DNA of 16,517 nucleotides, from positions 1 to 16,517 of the forward strand of contig JBDGTS010000033.1 in assembly GCA_042216675.1 (NCBI GenBank), in the 5' to 3' direction. Positions 15,633-16,517 of this stretch are shown in pieces. The DNA comes from Halobacteriaceae archaeon. Its GTDB lineage: Archaea > Halobacteriota > Halobacteria > Halobacteriales > Halobacteriaceae. The notes below the pieces were generated by a model. The model was not told the origin of the DNA, made no database searches, and was given only the letters and a program-made list of their open reading frames with translations. Every line of letters begins with the position of its first letter. Position 1 is the stretch's first letter. The position numbers and the translations under genes are program-made.

Positions 15633-16517
15633 TCACGTCAGTCCGAGTGTTTCCTCAACGCTCTGGCGTGCCCGTTTCAGCCGGGCCTGCCAGCGGAGCG
15701 GCATCGGCGGCGTGGGTAGTGGATGCAGGGGCCGGTCGCCCTTCATCCGACCAAGCCAGTCGTCGACGCCAATGACGGAGTGGTATCCCCACTTCTCGCG
15801 GAAGTATGCTCGACTTGCCCGGAGTTTCAGCGACGAGCGGCGGTCATCCATGTACGAGGTCGAACCGCCGGGGTAATGGGGAAAGGCCACGTCCGGACAG
15901 ACACCGAACTTCCACTCGGTCTGTTTCCAGTGGCCGAGGTAGAAATCCAGATGTTCCCGCCCAATCACGTACTCCGTGTCCCAGCCGTAGTCCCGTAGAC
16001 ACTCGGTTCGGAATACGGCCGCGTTCGGGACGAAATTGAACGGGACATAGTCGCCGCCGGCAGTTGACACGCGCTCTTTCTCCTCGCGAACGTCGCGGAT
16101 TAGCAGGTCGCCATCCGCTGTCTCGTAGAGGTCGTGGAACAGCCCCGTCAACTCTCCCGATTCACGGAGGAATCCCGAGAGGCCGCCGAGCGACGGCGTG
16201 GCGTCGAGGATATCGACGAGCGTTGTCACGTTGGTTGGGACCTCCATATCGGTATCGACGATGCAGAGGTAGTCCGACCCGCACTCCTCAAGAATCGCTT
16301 GGCGACCGGCTCCGAGTCCGGCATCCGCTTCGAGGTTGAGAACTGTGAGGTCGAGTCGGTCGTTGACGAGGTTGAACACGTCCCGATCCGCCGCGTTGAC
16401 CGGGCCATCATCAGCCACGATGACGCGGTCCACCGTCTCCGGGATGCTTTGAAGCAGTTGTTTCAACTTCGTTTCTCGAGTGAACAGTTTCGTACCGACT
16501 GTGAGTTCTGGTTCTGT
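15633..16517 (-). CDS. Glycosyltransferase family 2, 5'-truncated by window edge
   Basis: Frame is open upstream of 16466 to base 16517 (TEPELTVGTKLFTRETKLKQLLQS); VIVADDG, GLGAGRQ, CIVDTD (DxD), GREHLDFY. Confidence 0.88.
   Translation of the reverse strand, partial: TEPELTVGTKLFTRETKLKQLLQSIPETVDRVIVADDGPVNAADRDVFNLVNDRLDLTVLNLEADAGLGAGRQAILEECGSDYLCIVDTDMEVPTNVTTLVDILDATPSLGGLSGFLRESGELTGLFHDLYETADGDLLIRDVREEKERVSTAGGDYVPFNFVPNAAVFRTECLRDYGWDTEYVIGREHLDFYLGHWKQTEWKFGVCPDVAFPHYPGGSTSYMDDRRSSLKLRASRAYFREKWGYHSVIGVDDWLGRMKGDRPLHPLPTPPMPLRWQARLKRARQSVEETLGLT

Noticed and set aside
1-16517. CRISPR array, tRNA/rRNA, IS element, integrase or att site
   Set aside because: No repeat-spacer periodicity, RNA gene signature, transposase or recombinase motif was seen by eye.

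Overview
High-GC window with very acidic proteins, typical of haloarchaea. All credible genes lie on the minus strand. In transcription order (right to left) it holds: (1) a glycan-modification block of a 5'-truncated GT2, a Wzx/MOP-type flippase, an alkaline-phosphatase/sulfatase-fold protein and a second GT2; (2) two exported, sequon-rich proteins plus five small membrane proteins; (3) a 218-bp intergenic region with an inverted repeat and a TATA-like box; (4) an AbrB-like small protein, a Cys-motif protein, three larger membrane proteins and an 823-aa HerA/FtsK/VirB4-VirD4-like ATPase with deviant Walker motifs and a C-terminal winged helix; (5) overlapping the ATPase stop, the N-terminal part of an MCM helicase that the ORF track misses because it runs off the left edge. 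The best reading is a haloarchaeal plasmid- or virus-like element with its own helicase and a membrane/envelope DNA-transfer module, possibly related to pR1SE/apHPV plasmid-vesicle elements. That family assignment is inference and needs homology searches.
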